Program-made: the position numbers and the translations under genes | Source of the DNA: Selaginella moellendorffii | Lineage: Eukaryota; Plantae; Lycopodiophyta | DNA length: 64,000 nucleotides | NCBI RefSeq assembly: GCF_000143415.4 | Contig: NW_003314299.1 | Span: forward strand, 252,979 to 316,978 | Direction of reading: 5' to 3' | Shown: one piece after another, positions 1 to 12,889 of the stretch | Layout of the letters: every line of letters begins with the position of its first letter | Numbering within the stretch: position 1 is the first letter of the stretch | The notes under the pieces: model-generated | Databases searched by the model: none | Told to the model about the DNA's origin: nothing | The model's input: only the letters and a program-made list of their open reading frames with translations

Positions 1-22
1 GCACGATAGGGAGGATGACGGT

Positions 23-705
23 AACCTACTCAAGCCGTACTTTGAGGATCCGCTTCGCAAGAATTATGTGAGACCGTTACCTGAGGTTATCCAAGAGGAA
101 GAAGAATACGAAGTGGAGGCCATTCTCAATGCGCACAAGAACAAGCGACAAAGACACGAGGTGAAAGAGTTCTATGTGAAGTGGAAAGGATTTCCACACT
201 ACGAAGCAACATGGGAATTGGAGGAGAACCTAGCGAACGTGTGAGATCTAGTGGAGGAATTTCTGCAAAGCAGAACTCTATGTACTTATGCAAAGTTCAA
301 TTAAAGTATCAATTTGTGAGGTTGAGAAATGGCATATGTTGGGACCTGAAGGCGCACCAAAGGTAAGCTAATTAGCATGGGTTAGATAGGTCGACCAAGT
401 GTAAGGAACTACGCCCGACTCCCTACAGGGATGTTAAATCCATAGATGTATTCTATGGAGGTTGGGTTCGAGTCCTAACCCCCTAGTAAAGCAAGGCTGG
501 GTTCAAGTCCCAACCCCATACTAGGGCGTGGTGAGGTGAGGGGTATAGGGACACCTATACTCCGTTGTCATGGGCTCTTTTCCGGGGAGGCTAATTTAGG
601 CACACCACTAAGTGGGGGGATGCCCTTGGAGACATGGTCAACAAGTCGTAGGATAAAATGAGACGTTTGATATGGGTATTGAACTTCTTTTATGGGTGGT
701 GGAGT
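23..705 (+). mobile_element. 3' internal fragment of chromovirus (Ty3/gypsy family A): integrase C-terminal chromodomain remnant, 3' UTR, PPT
   Basis: Reads ..PYFEDPLRKNYVRPLPEVIQEEEEYEVEAILNAH..EFYVKWKGFPHYEATWELEENLAN (chromodomain). PPT atgggtggtggagt precedes TGTAAGG. Homologous to 38094-38780 (minus). Confidence 0.9.
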
Positions 706-1718
706 TGTAAGGAACCAACTCCCTAAGGTGTCATAGGCTAAAGGATCCCCAAAAGCATGATCAAAATGATAAAGAGTTCATCAGATGGGACGGAGTTTGA
801 GATCGAGTCCAAGACCGACTCTGAGACCGAGTTCGAGATAGAGTCCAAGATCGAGCCTGAGGCCGAATCGGAGACCGAGTTCAAGACAAAGTCCAAGATC
901 CAAATCGGGTCCAAGACTGAGTCTGAGGTCGAGTCCGAAGTCGAGTCCAAGATCAAGTTTGAGATCAAGTCCGAGATCGGGTCCGAGATCGAGTCCGAGA
1001 TTGAGGTCCGGGATAGTGAGGTCTAGGAACCAATCTTGAAGGAACTCTCTAGTGGTGCTTCCAAACTAACATGAGGTTGAGACTGGGGCCGAGGGGCCTT
1101 GGGTGGGGGTGAGCATGGACTTGGGTGGTGCTGGAGGGGCCACCCAAGGAAGTGCTCAAGAACAGCTTCCACTCCCGAAAGGGAAACCAACTGCGGTGCT
1201 CCCAGCTCATGTGGAGTGGTGCCCCACTTGAGTACCTTGTGGCTCATTGGTCCTCGCCCTTCCTAGGGGCTTGGACCTTCCCTTCGGGATGGAAGTGGGG
1301 GGGTAGAGGTACCCATACCGGGCCATTAGGCCACGGTGTTTCACCCCAGTGTCCCGAAGCAAGTGTTGCACCCAAGGCTTGGGATTTAGAGGGTCCTATG
1401 ATCAAGTCTTGTTATACCAAAGGATGTTAGGAATCTGGAGGCTTGGTGTGCTTGGCTGCTTGTGCCTGTAGGGAATGTAGCCAAACCTTAAGTCCAGTCT
1501 AACCCGGGGAGGGGGATTGGGAGAGATTTGGGAATCCGTTGATGGATTGCTAACACTCTGTTGCTCGTGCAGTGAGTAGTTGAAACTAAGTAGGACCAAG
1601 TAGGAGCTGGTACAATAGGCAAGAACCTTGGTAAGGGAACTTAGCAAAAGCTAAGGCAGTGTTGGTCGGATAGATGAGGTAAATTGGCAAATTGGAAAGG
1701 AAAAATTTATGGCTTATA
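706..1718 (+). repeat. 3' LTR of family A chromovirus (internally deleted)
   Basis: Starts TGTAAGGAACC and ends GGCTTATA (CA>TA). Reverse complement of the LTRs at 36938-38093 and 43314-44451. Contains a GAGTCC/GAGATC hexamer array. Confidence 0.9.
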
Positions 1719-3108
1719 GTGTATTGATTAAAAAATGATGAATGGAGATGGGGATCCACAATTCGGATTCCCCCCTTTCAAAGGCTAATGGTTTTAACTG
1801 CCAGCATATGCTAATGAATGGTATATTCTGTGCATGAACAAGTCTATGGCTCCGATGCAGCCCTGGGTTCAAGGTCAGAGTCCCCTGTGCTTGAGTTTTT
1901 AGTTGATACAAGGCTTGCTATTGAAGACTTGGGTTGCAATGCTCAATTCTTTTTCAGGGAAGCTTGCTATTGCTCCTTAAGTAGCTTGGTGTTGGATTAG
2001 TTTTGAGTTTGGTCAAAAAGAGAGTGACATGAGCTAGTTTATGTTGTGAACAAAAGTTGATGGTGTTAAGTGTTATAAATCTCTATTGGTGGAGTGTGGC
2101 ATTTATGTTGCATTTTGTCGAATAAAGTTGGCATTTGATACTCACGTAAGCTTTTGAAGAAATAATCTGAGTTTTCTCATGTTGTTGCTTGATTGATGAT
2201 CAAGTTATCATGATTTTATATCATATCCATGTGATAATGAACAATGTGTTTACAAAGTTGCTTGGTTAAATGATTATTAACCCCAAAGTGGTTGATGGAG
2301 AAGCTAGTTTACTTACATGTAATAGCATTATAATAGCTTTGACTAAATTCTCGATGGTGGTCCATTAGGCTAAACTTGAGTTAGTACGTTGTTTCCTTGA
2401 GGGTTTGCCCATAAGGTGTTGGAAAGGGTTATAGCATTCACTTGTTATATGCTCTATTTCGTTAAAGTGGGATTTATTCAGTAAAATGGGACTAGGTACA
2501 AATTTTCAAGTATTTGAAAATGACGTGAAATTATATGTTTTTTGTCCAGGGGCTAGATATATCTGGGGCATGGTGACTAGCGCGGTGACTTTATGTCCAG
2601 ACTGAGTCCATCTGGTTGTATAATAAATCTCATTGTCATGATGAACAAGCCGAATCTGAAGCTAAAGAAGAGCAATGGCATGTGCGCACACACTATTTGT
2701 TTGTTCATTGAGCGTGTGGTGAGCTTTCCAAGATGAACATCATTCTTATTAGCCAGACATATAACTTAATTGTGAGAACATTTAGATATTATTCAATGTT
2801 ATCTTTTTCTAACGAATCTAATTGTGAAGGTGTAGCAAGAGGCATTGCTAGTCTGGAGAAGTCATTTAACTCATTTGACCCTTAGTGTATTTTCATGAAA
2901 CTAAATGACATTCATATTATTAAGGAATTTCTCGAGTACCTTTTTTTTACGACATAGAGGCTTGTATTTCTTTCAAAGGTGATTTAGTAAAAGGCCTGAG
3001 GGCACATGCCATTCTATTTCTCAGACCGGTATTAAGATATACTAGTGCAAAGGGAAAAAGGTATTTGGTGATCAAGTAAATGGAATGAGGGCACACGCCA
3101 TTATAAGC

Positions 3109-3468
3109 CTAAGCGCTAGTGGACACCTCCTTTTTAGTACTCTCAGCGGTACTATCATCCTTTTCCGGGTCAGTTGTTTTGCTTTGGATTGTTGTCTCTG
3201 ACGTTACTGGGGCGTTCTCGATAGTTGTTAATGTTTCCGTTTGTTCAGAAAAATGATCACCTGGAGTATAGTACGGGGAGTTTGGAAGACTTATATATTC
3301 TACATCTTCACCTATCTCCTTCTCCGTCTCCTTTTCTGCCTCACTTACAGATTTTGTGCTTGCCATGAGAACGCTCTTCACCCTAAAATATGGAGTTCGT
3401 TGTGTTATAAAAGGAAACCAACACACACGCTGTAAGGGAATGATGGTACATAAAGCACGTAAGCCCAC
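3109..3468 (-). CDS. Small acidic S/T/E-rich ORF or exon of the transposon (copy 1), unknown function
   Basis: Open in all three copies (also 24022-24381, 56385-56744). ATG MASTKSV.. follows a tattttag acceptor-like site. No recognisable domain. Confidence 0.35.
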   Translation of the reverse strand: MGLRALCTIIPLQRVCWFPFITQRTPYFRVKSVLMASTKSVSEAEKETEKEIGEDVEYISLPNSPYYTPGDHFSEQTETLTTIENAPVTSETTIQSKTTDPEKDDSTAESTKKEVSTSA

Positions 3469-4006
3469 AATATGGGTTTATGTGCCATTAATATGGGCCA
3501 CATGCCATATTATTAGATTTATGCACGTGTGATTGGTAAATGCATATGTCACATCATCTTTGTTTTACCTCACACACTATATCAGGCCTAATGAACCATA
3601 TCACATGTGCGCACATGCTATATATATGGAGAAGTATTATGCAAGGATAGAAAAATTCAATGCATGATTGTGGAGAGCAATGGCATGAAGCCACATGCTA
3701 AATAACATTTTAGAGAAAGAATTAAAATAAAAACATGCAAACAGTACTAAGTGGACCAAGACTTAGAAGTGCACAATTGAATGAGGTATTTCTAATAAAT
3801 ATTTCACTCACCTCATATAGGAATGGCTACCACTCTCAAATGGCGTATCGCCTCATGCCATCACCTCGCAATTTGTTATAACAATCCGATGAATTCATAT
3901 TCGGCTTGTTCACCTTGAACTTTAAGTAAGATTTGCTAGAACAACTAAGAATTTATACTTGTTATTTGTATCATCTCACCTAGGAATGGCGTAAGGCCAC
4001 ATGCCA

Positions 4007-7000
4007 TCACGCCTCCTCTGATTCAGATTCGGATTGTTCACCTTGAAATAAAATACATTAGAAACTTAGTAAAGGAATATTAATGAATCTCATCTTGAAC
4101 CCGGATGCTCTTGCTGCATCTCTTGCATGGTCTGGCAAGATGATGGTGGCACTCTGCTTCCGTATCCAACCATGCACAACATTATCCACCGATATGCTCA
4201 TGCTGGGATCCCTTGGATTCAGCACCCATCTCTTTTCTAGGCAATCCTTCGTATATCCGGAACTTGGCTTGAACCACTCCACAGTTACATTGAAGGAGTT
4301 AGTTTCTGCGTCCTCCTCTACATCAGTGATGCAGCGCCCCACCCATATCATTTGTTTTTTATTACTGGGTCTGACAAGCACGATCATTCCTTTGCAGACC
4401 TGTACTGGATTGAATGCTGAATCCGGCTTCTTGTTCCTCGGCCCACAATAGTGATCCTCAACATCGTTATCTGTCATTGCATTTCCAGAGGACATTGTTC
4501 CGCTACTATCTGGTGCTCTGGGTTCTGGCCAAAAGGACTCTTCCAATTCTTTATATACAACCGGCCCATTTTGGATAGCAGATATAATCTTCTCCCAGTA
4601 TTCGAGCAAAGGCTTGCACCTCTGAAAATAATATTCTCCACCAAACACCAACCCCCTCTTCCAGAAGGCAATATGCTGTCTAATCCCGGCCACTATACTT
4701 TCTTGGTCTTTGAGTCCATCCGGGTGCATCGGCCGTGGGGAACCCTGAGGAATCATAGGTTCCCCAGTTATGGGATCTCTCTTGAAAAGTTCAATGCCGT
4801 CCACTGGCAGCCACACTGTGTCCCATTCTCTCATCTTGTACCTCATCACTGGAGCCGTCACGCATGCTGAAATGAAACTGAAGAGGCTTGGAGTGGCCAA
4901 TCAGCGTTTCGGATCCGTCCCTGATGTAGCCTCTTACAAACCCCTTAAAGTCTGGAACCTCTGTCAGAAGTGCAGCTTCAACAGTGCCTTTGATGCAATT
5001 TTGGAATTCATCGTAGAGTTGTGGAAGGGTGAGGACATTGGATCGCCGGAGGGACTCTGCCAGGTGACTGAACATGGCATCGACGTCTTCATGAGTGTGC
5101 CCAACCATGAGAAAGCCAAGTGTAACCGTTTCAAATATGCCTTTGGCAACAAGCATCGCCAAGTACGCGAAGACGTACATGTTTTTGTTCTCACTGCCAG
5201 CATTGTTTGTTTGGAGCAGAAGATGGGGTGGAAGGCCACATCGGCCGCAAGAACTTCCTTGAGATTCTGCTTTGTTTGGATGAGGCTGTGCATTCACTGG
5301 GCGACCAGCCTCGTCGAAATGGCATGAGGCCTCACGTGATAACCCTACAATCTGACGGCCAACATATTCACTGGGATGGCATGGGGCCCCACGTGATACT
5401 GCAAGCCTTTGCTCCTCCTCCAGCTAAACCTTGTATGGGGTTCGATCGACAAGGGCCTTATGCAAGGGTTGGCTGTTCAGCTCAGTCTGCGCACTTTGCA
5501 AAGACCTTAAGTGTTTTGCTAGGGACGCAATCATCATGTTTGCACCCCCGCCACCCCATAGAGGTACAAAGAAGTTCCCATAGTTCTGGGCACCATGCCC
5601 ATGAGCGATTATGCCAAACAGAGACACAGGCAGCTGCATGGAGGATCTGCGTGACGTACGTTCCTCCAAATGCTACTTTGCACCTAAGGGATGAGCTAAG
5701 TAGGCTGAAGCATACCAGAACCATTCAGGAGTATGTGAATGGGTTTATGGCAAAGAGGATATTGGTCACAGATATGGGTGATATGGATGTGTTCCATGCC
5801 TTCATATCAGGCTTGCAAACCTGGGCTCACAGCGAGGTGATGCGTTGGAACCCGACCAATTACAAGGAAGCGTTGGATGCAGCTATCAAGGTGCATTTCA
5901 ATGATAATCTATAAAAGGGGAACACGATAGAGTCGAGGTCCACATTTAGCAAAGGGGCCAAACCAAAGGGAACGTATAGCAAAGGGAAATTCAAGAAGAG
6001 TTTCTCTAAAAATGAGCCCTTGGGGTTCCGGAAAGGCAAACCTGGTGGTCAGTGAGCAAGTACGTGGGGGAGTCAGGCAAAGAGAGACAAACCCACAGAT
6101 AAGAAGGTCAAGTCGGTTAGCAGTGTGGGAACCAACATATGCTACAACTACGGCGAAGCGGGACACTTTTCAAGGGAATGTCCCTACCTGAAGAAGGCTA
6201 AAGCCAATATGGCCATTAAGTTGGGTGAAATCCAAAATGAGGTATGTGATCTAGTCCCTAGCTCAAAGTTACTCATTACACGAACAACTTTGGTAAAAAA
6301 TCGTTCGCGACATCTACTAGCCCTCCGAGGGAAGCTCGGAGGTAGCTTTGTTAAGATCCTTATTGATACAGGTGTTTCGAATAATTTTGTGGCTGCAGAC
6401 ATAGTCCGGCAAACTGGACTAACGGTGCAGCGGCTAGGTGAACACGGGACTATAGAGTTTGTTCAAGATAGCCAAAGCACCGATGAGGTACTTCGACAAG
6501 CGAGAGTCGAAGTAAGGACATGGAAAGTAAACATGGATTTCACTGTGTTGAACATGGCAGGATTTGACATAATCTTTGGGATGGATTGGTTCAATCGGTC
6601 CGTGGTGGCCCTGCATAGACAAGGTAGGAACCTTGTGTTACTAGCGAATGCCCAAGGAAAAAGATCCAAGGTGGAGGCCCAGGATCTAAAGGTAGGGCAA
6701 TGCAAAGACAAAGACTTTTACCTAAATCTGGTGTTCACGAGAGGACAACTCACTAAAGGCACCAAGGTAGCATTTTTGTGCTTACTCTCGATGAAGAGTG
6801 ATAAAAAGATAGAAATGGAAGTACCTTTAGTGATCCGGCGGGTGTTGGACCAATTCTAGGATACCATGCCGGATGAGCTACTGGCCGTTGCCCCCCGCAC
6901 GAGATCATTGTAGCAGAGGAAGATGTTGAAAAGACAACCTGTCAAACAAGGTATGGGAGCTTTGAGTTTCTGGTGATGCCCTTCGGGCTATGCAATGAGT

Positions 7001-9983
7001 CGGCAACATTTTTGGCGTTGATGAACCACATTTTTGTACCCTATTTGGATTACTTTGTGGTTGTCTATATTGACGACATCCTGATCTATAGCGAAACACT
7101 AGAGGAGCATGCCGAACACTTAACGAAGGTGTTTGAGAAACTAAGGGAACACTAGCTGTATGTTAAAAAGAGCAAATGTGACTTTGCTCAACAAGAGGTA
7201 AAGTTTCTCAGGCATATGGTGGGCAAAGACGAGCTCAAGGTGGACCCTAAGAAGGTCCAAGCAATCCAAGTTTGGGAGCGACTATTGAATGTACACGAAT
7301 TAAAGGCATTCTTGGGGCTATGTAATTACTACTGAAAGTTTATCAAACACTATTCAAGAGTAGCCCTACCCTTAATAGACCAAATGGGAAAAAGGAAGAT
7401 GGTATGGACAATGGAATGCGAGGTAGCATTTGTCCACCTCAAAGAAAAGTTGAGGAAGGCTCCCATGTTGGCATTACCATACTTTGGTAAGGACTTTGAG
7501 GTAGAAACGAATGCTTCAGACTTTGCGTTGGGCGCAGTTTTGAAGTAGGACAACCATCCAGTAGCGTTTTTCTCAAAGAAGTTGGACAAGGCTCAACGGA
7601 AGTGGCTTGCTCACGAGAAGGAATTGTTTGCGGTGGTCAAAGCACTCAAGGAGTGGCGACACTACCTTGGGAAACACTTCAAGGTTTACATTGACAATGT
7701 TGCAATGAAACACTTTTTGTCACAGCCCGACCTAAGAGGGAAACAAGGTCAGTGGGCCAATGTTTTGGCCGAGTTTGATTGTGAGATTCTGTACAAGCCT
7801 GGGAAGAGCAACATCGTGGTAGATGTGCTAAGTCGAAAAGCAAGCTTGAAGTTGGCAATATCCAGCGTGACAACAACTTTTTGGGATGATGTGCGGATAG
7901 CATATGAGAATGATGGTCTAGCACAAGAAGTGTTACTGAGGAATCTGGAGGCACGGGAAGCTCATCAGAGAGGTGAGCTGCCAACAGAAAAAAAAACGGG
8001 CTATGCAAAATGCAACAGACTCATCTATTACAAGCAAATGAGGGTGTATGTTCCAGAAGGGGAACTAAGGAAGATAGCTTTGGAAGAGTATCACAACAGA
8101 CCTCTTGCGGGACATGGCAGAGTGCCCAAAACGATGGGCTTACTCAAGAGGAAGTACCACTGGCCAGATATGGCTAAGGACGTCCAAGACTATGTAATGA
8201 CATGTCCAATATATCAGCAGGTCAAAGCCATGACTAAAGTTAGTGGGGGTTTGTTACAAAGCATCTCAATTCCAAATCATCCGTAGAAATATCTTATGAT
8301 GGACTTCATCACGGGACTCCCCCCAAGTGGGGGTTTGATGCGATATTCGTGGTGGTGAGACCACGAATAGGATTATGTGAGACCCGAGTATCATGGAGAG
8401 TTACCCACAGTGGAGGCATTCACGGCGGAAAGACTCAACATTTAGAATCTAGTGAGGGATTCCTTGGAACGAGCTCAATAAAGGCAAACCAAGTATGCGA
8501 ACTAGAAGCGCTGGGATGTAGAGTTCTAAGCTGGGGAGAAGGTGTGGCTGAACACCAAGAACCTCAGGCTCCCAAGTGGGATCAGCCGAAAGTTGACCCA
8601 AAGGTAAGATGCATGTATTCTTAGAAATGAACTAATCTTGAGTTCCTTAAGCAGATTTGCGGGGCCTTATGAGATTGAGGCACGAATTAGTAAAGTGGCT
8701 TACCGCCTCTGACTTCCTCGAGAGATGGGGAAGATGCACCCAGTGTTCTATGTGAACCTACTCAAGCCGTACTTTGAGGATCCGCTTCGCAAGAATTATG
8801 TGAGACCTTTACCTGAGGTTATCCAAGAGGAAGAAGAATACGAAGTGGAGGCCATTCTCAATGCGCACAAGAACAAGCGACAAAGACACGAGGTGAGAGA
8901 GTTCTATGTGAAGTGGAAAGGATTTCCACACTACGAAGCAACATGGGAATTGGAATTGATAGCAGTGCACTCGTCATACTTTGAAAAGCTGGAGTACTTT
9001 CCTATACTCACATCCCTGAACCTGTTGCTCCACAATCTACTAAATCTAGATTGGCTCACCTTCCTATAACCATTACTCTGGAGTTCCCAATTCACATCTT
9101 CCAATATGGCCCCCTTGGTATACATGGAAGGGAGAACTCGTTGGGTGTCTCGTGTTCCATCTTCCAAGAGGCGGGTTTTATGTGGTTGCTGCTCGCTACA
9201 TGTCTCGACAAACCTCTTGAAGATTGCCTCTCCATATACAACATGACCCCTAGTTTTGTGCGTACCGTCGTTCCCATGGACTGCCTGTTGAACCCTTTGT
9301 TCCTCGAACTCAGTTTTGATTCTGTAGAATGTGGTTCGAGGGACTCCATAAATGATTCTCCATGCCTTCATGCAGACCAAACCCCTCTGGAAGACCATGC
9401 CCCCCACCTGATGTTCTGAAGCATCAACAGATGACCGTAATGCCTCATACACAAAATTGCGAGCTGCCTTCCAGAACAATGTCTTGTATCTTGCTCTCTC
9501 CTCTTCAATAGCATCCCAATCAGCATGTTGACAGCACCTCCTCTTGCAACAAGCAACTGTCGAGACCATTCGAACCTCCATCGCCATTTTCTGCCTTTTC
9601 GGTTCGTTGCTCAGATCTCTTTGGCTGCGCTTTAGGAAGGTGTACTTTCTTTTCCCATGAAGAGATGTTCTGTCATCAGTTGTAGTGGTGTTTGATTGTG
9701 AATCCTTCACATTTTCAAACACTAAGTGCCTCAATTTCCACCGCACAATGCTTCCAATAGTCAGACTGTTTTCTTCTGTGTCAACAACCTCTAAAATCGC
9801 AACTCCAATATCATCCCAGCCCAATTCTTGATTAGCAACCGCATCTTTTGGATCGACAACTGTGGCTAAGCCCTCAGCTACCACCTCCCCCTTGGGGTTG
9901 TTTAGAAACACCTTTGCCTGAATCCATGTAGCACGGTTCTTAAGATCCACGGAGGGAACATGCGTCGCACTTGCGGAGGCCAT
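4007..9983 (-). pseudogene. Transposase pseudogene, copy 1 (N-terminal deletion, frameshifts, split by gypsy fragment)
   Basis: ORF pieces 8931-9983, 5424-5669, 4791-5297 and 4058-4900 match the copy 2/3 transposase. The segment containing the first catalytic Asp is replaced by 5642-8954. Confidence 0.9.
5642..8954 (+). mobile_element. LTR-less, internally deleted gag-pol fragment of family A chromovirus inside transposon copy 1
   Basis: gag, CCHC knuckle CYNYGEAGHFSREC, protease LIDTG, RT YIDD, RNase H, IN zinc finger and chromodomain. Deletions near 6900 and 8355. No LTR or TSD. Confidence 0.92.
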
Positions 9984-11268
9984 TCTGAAAGTGCAGAAAA
10001 GAAGTTAAGACCATACAAAAAATGATTGAAAAATGGCCTAAATCATAACATACCAAACAACCTCAATAGCATGAGGCCACATGCCATTATTCAAACATGC
10101 TATTGACACCCACGTGAAGTTTCGCATTCACAAAATTGGCATGAGGCCTTATGCCATCTTGATATACACACAGCTGCAGGCAAGTAAAAATATACATGAC
10201 AATACGCTAGTCATGAAATTGCAAGGGCCCAAGATGGCATGTGGCCTCATGCCATTTCTAAATGTGGTCCTAAGCCATTCCATGGTGAACATACCAGGAA
10301 GCACAAGTGCCGAATATCAAGAGGAAGCGGTAGCCACACCAAAGATAGTGCCGCTCGCAACACCGCAACTACTCGTAGCACCGCTCGCAACACCGCAACT
10401 GCTCGTAGCGCCGCTCGCACAAACTGCCACTCGCATAAACTGCCGCTCGCAATGGCGCTCGCAATGTCGCAACCGCTCGTAGACGCATAAACCACAACTC
10501 ACAATGCCGCTTACACAAGCAGCGCTCACTGCACTCAGCGGAACCAAGAACACGGCGCACAAAAATGATAGACTTAGGAATGAGTTCGAGAATTCAAAAA
10601 TAACACACGCTTGAACGTCACATCAAATCCTCTGACAAACCAGATCTTATGACTCCTCTGACAAATTTCAAACTGAGTAGCTTCTAGACTTTGCTGTCAG
10701 AGGTTGAACTTTGTCACATCATGTCCTTGCCTCGATCCAGCTGTGCCATGTCAGTGATTCGAACTTTGCCATGCCATGTCAGCGATCCGCGCCAAGATTA
10801 TTCGCCGTGTAAAGGAATAATTATGCTGTGTGTGTACGTCCATTTATGGCAATATAAGGCCACACGCCATTCAAAGAATAATGCTAGTCGAGCATTTTTT
10901 GGGGTTCAAAATTGCATGAGCCCACAAGCTATAAAGTTTATCTGTACCAAAAATAGAAACAACTTTATTTACTTGGGAATTTAAGTGGTTGAGGCATTTT
11001 TAAACTTACAAACACATGCCCTACTTACATTCCTTTGGTTGCTTAAAATTCAAAAATATTATAAACCTTTCTTTTTGCATTTTTAATGTTTTCAATTATG
11101 GTTTTTGATTTTCGCAGGACCAGCCTAGTAATCTATTTGCATCCCGTCATGTTTATAGCTAGCTTTCGTTTGTCCCCTTCGCTAGTCTGAGATACATCTG
11201 CTCGGCATCTGCCTCTTACAGCATTTGCCTAGAAAGGGCATCTTTCTTCATGCAGCATTTGCCACATG

Positions 11269-11294
11269 TTTAGGGTTTAGGGTTTAGGGTTTAG
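11269..11294 (+). repeat. Interstitial plant telomere repeat (TTTAGGG)x3.7 inside the transposon
   Basis: tttagggtttagggtttagggtttag. Same tract in copy 3 at 61918-61943; deleted in copy 2. Confidence 0.9.
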
Positions 11295-12889
11295 CAATTC
11301 AGTAGCTTGATAAACATGCAAATACAGAACTTGATGCAAAATCCTTTGATATGTCATAATGCCCCTAGGACCATAAACACATTTCAATAGAGAGGGTCCT
11401 TTCATTTCATAACTCCTTACGTAGATCTTGGTGAAACTAGAGTTAGTGAAGTTAGTTTCTTGTGATCCCGCATCTGATTGTGATGTCCCTTTGCAGTGTC
11501 GATGGAAAGGTCAATGCACACCAAACTGTAAAATCTTGGAGCAAAATAACGGTCGGATCTATGGCAAATGCCCTTGAAACATTGTAAGGCTTGTGTGGTC
11601 TCATGTGGTGTCCGATCGAGATGCTTCTTTGTAGGGTCATCAAGAAAGACATTGTATACCATTCTGTAAAATCTAGTTGCGATCTAACGGTTGGATCTCC
11701 AGAAAACTCAAAAACATCTCGCGCGTGTTAGAATATCCTAGGAATATACTCCTATGTGCCCTTGAAAATAGCATGCAGCCCCACGCCATTCAAGAGATAA
11801 CGCCAGATGATGCCGAGAATTTTTTGGTGCATTTTTTGGGTTCCAAATTGCATGAGTCCACACGCTATAAAGTTTATCTTTGCCAAATAGAGAAAAGTTT
11901 ATCTGTGTCATGTGAGGTAGTTACAGTCCTTTGTGCTCGGCATCTGCCTCTTGCAGCATTTGCACTGAAAGGGAATTTTTCTCCATTCAGCATTTGGCCC
12001 TGAAAATGGCATGCGCCCACAAGCCATTCAAGGAATAACACCACAGGACGCCTGGATTTTTGGGTTTAAAATGTTTAGGGTTTTTTGGGTTTTTTCAAAA
12101 TATTTTGGGTCCAACGTTTTTTGGGTTTCTTTGGTTCAAAATTGCATGAGCCCACACGCTATAATATTGATTTGAGAGAAAAATAGAAATAGATAGAATT
12201 TCTTTATTTAGCTGAACATCTGCCATTTTTGGAAATACAAGATGCTTTGGAATATCCAATCATGCATGGTATAAATATAGCGAGGGTATTAAATGATATC
12301 CCAATCATGATCTTTCTTTTGGATTTCGCGTGCATGCAGTCCAAGGAATGATGACGTTGCAGATTTCTTTTGGATTTTCCTTGCTTGCATGCGCGCGGCA
12401 ATCCAGAAATTAATGGTGGCGCCCAAGTCCGAGGAATGATGACGTGGCGGGATTACCAACCGTCGTGACATTTCGCGCGTGTGAGGTTAGGTTTTGCATT
12501 TTGCTTCGTACTCGCGCTCGCGCTCGCATCACACTCGCGCTCGCATAGCGCTCCCACTCGCGATCACACTCACATTCGCGCTCATCTACCTTCTCTACAG
12601 GTTTCTCGTGTGCATCGGCGTCCACTCGCGCTTGCATCACACTCGCGCTTGCATCGCGCTCGTGTGCATCGGCGTCCACTTCAAGACACACCCAGTTTGT
12701 AACTTCGCCGCCAACTCCGCCGCCCACTCCGCCACCCACACGCAGCCCACTTGGCGTCCCGGGGAGATTTCAGCGCCACTCTCCAACTGTTAAGTGGCAG
12801 AGTAGCCTTGCTGCTATGATCCGCTGCACACACAGTGCACATTCGCCAGCGAGTCCGGCCTCAATTGTCACGCCTCCATTCGGCTTCAA

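Noticed and set aside
1818-2000. FLVDTR as an aspartic protease remnant of family C
   Set aside because: Single weak motif; the surrounding frame is full of stops and there are no supporting pol motifs.
5207-5914. 235-aa ORF as a novel fusion gene
   Set aside because: Chance read-through from transposase antisense sequence into the inserted gag fragment.
11269-11294. Chromosome end
   Set aside because: Under four repeats, internal to the transposon and present in two copies.
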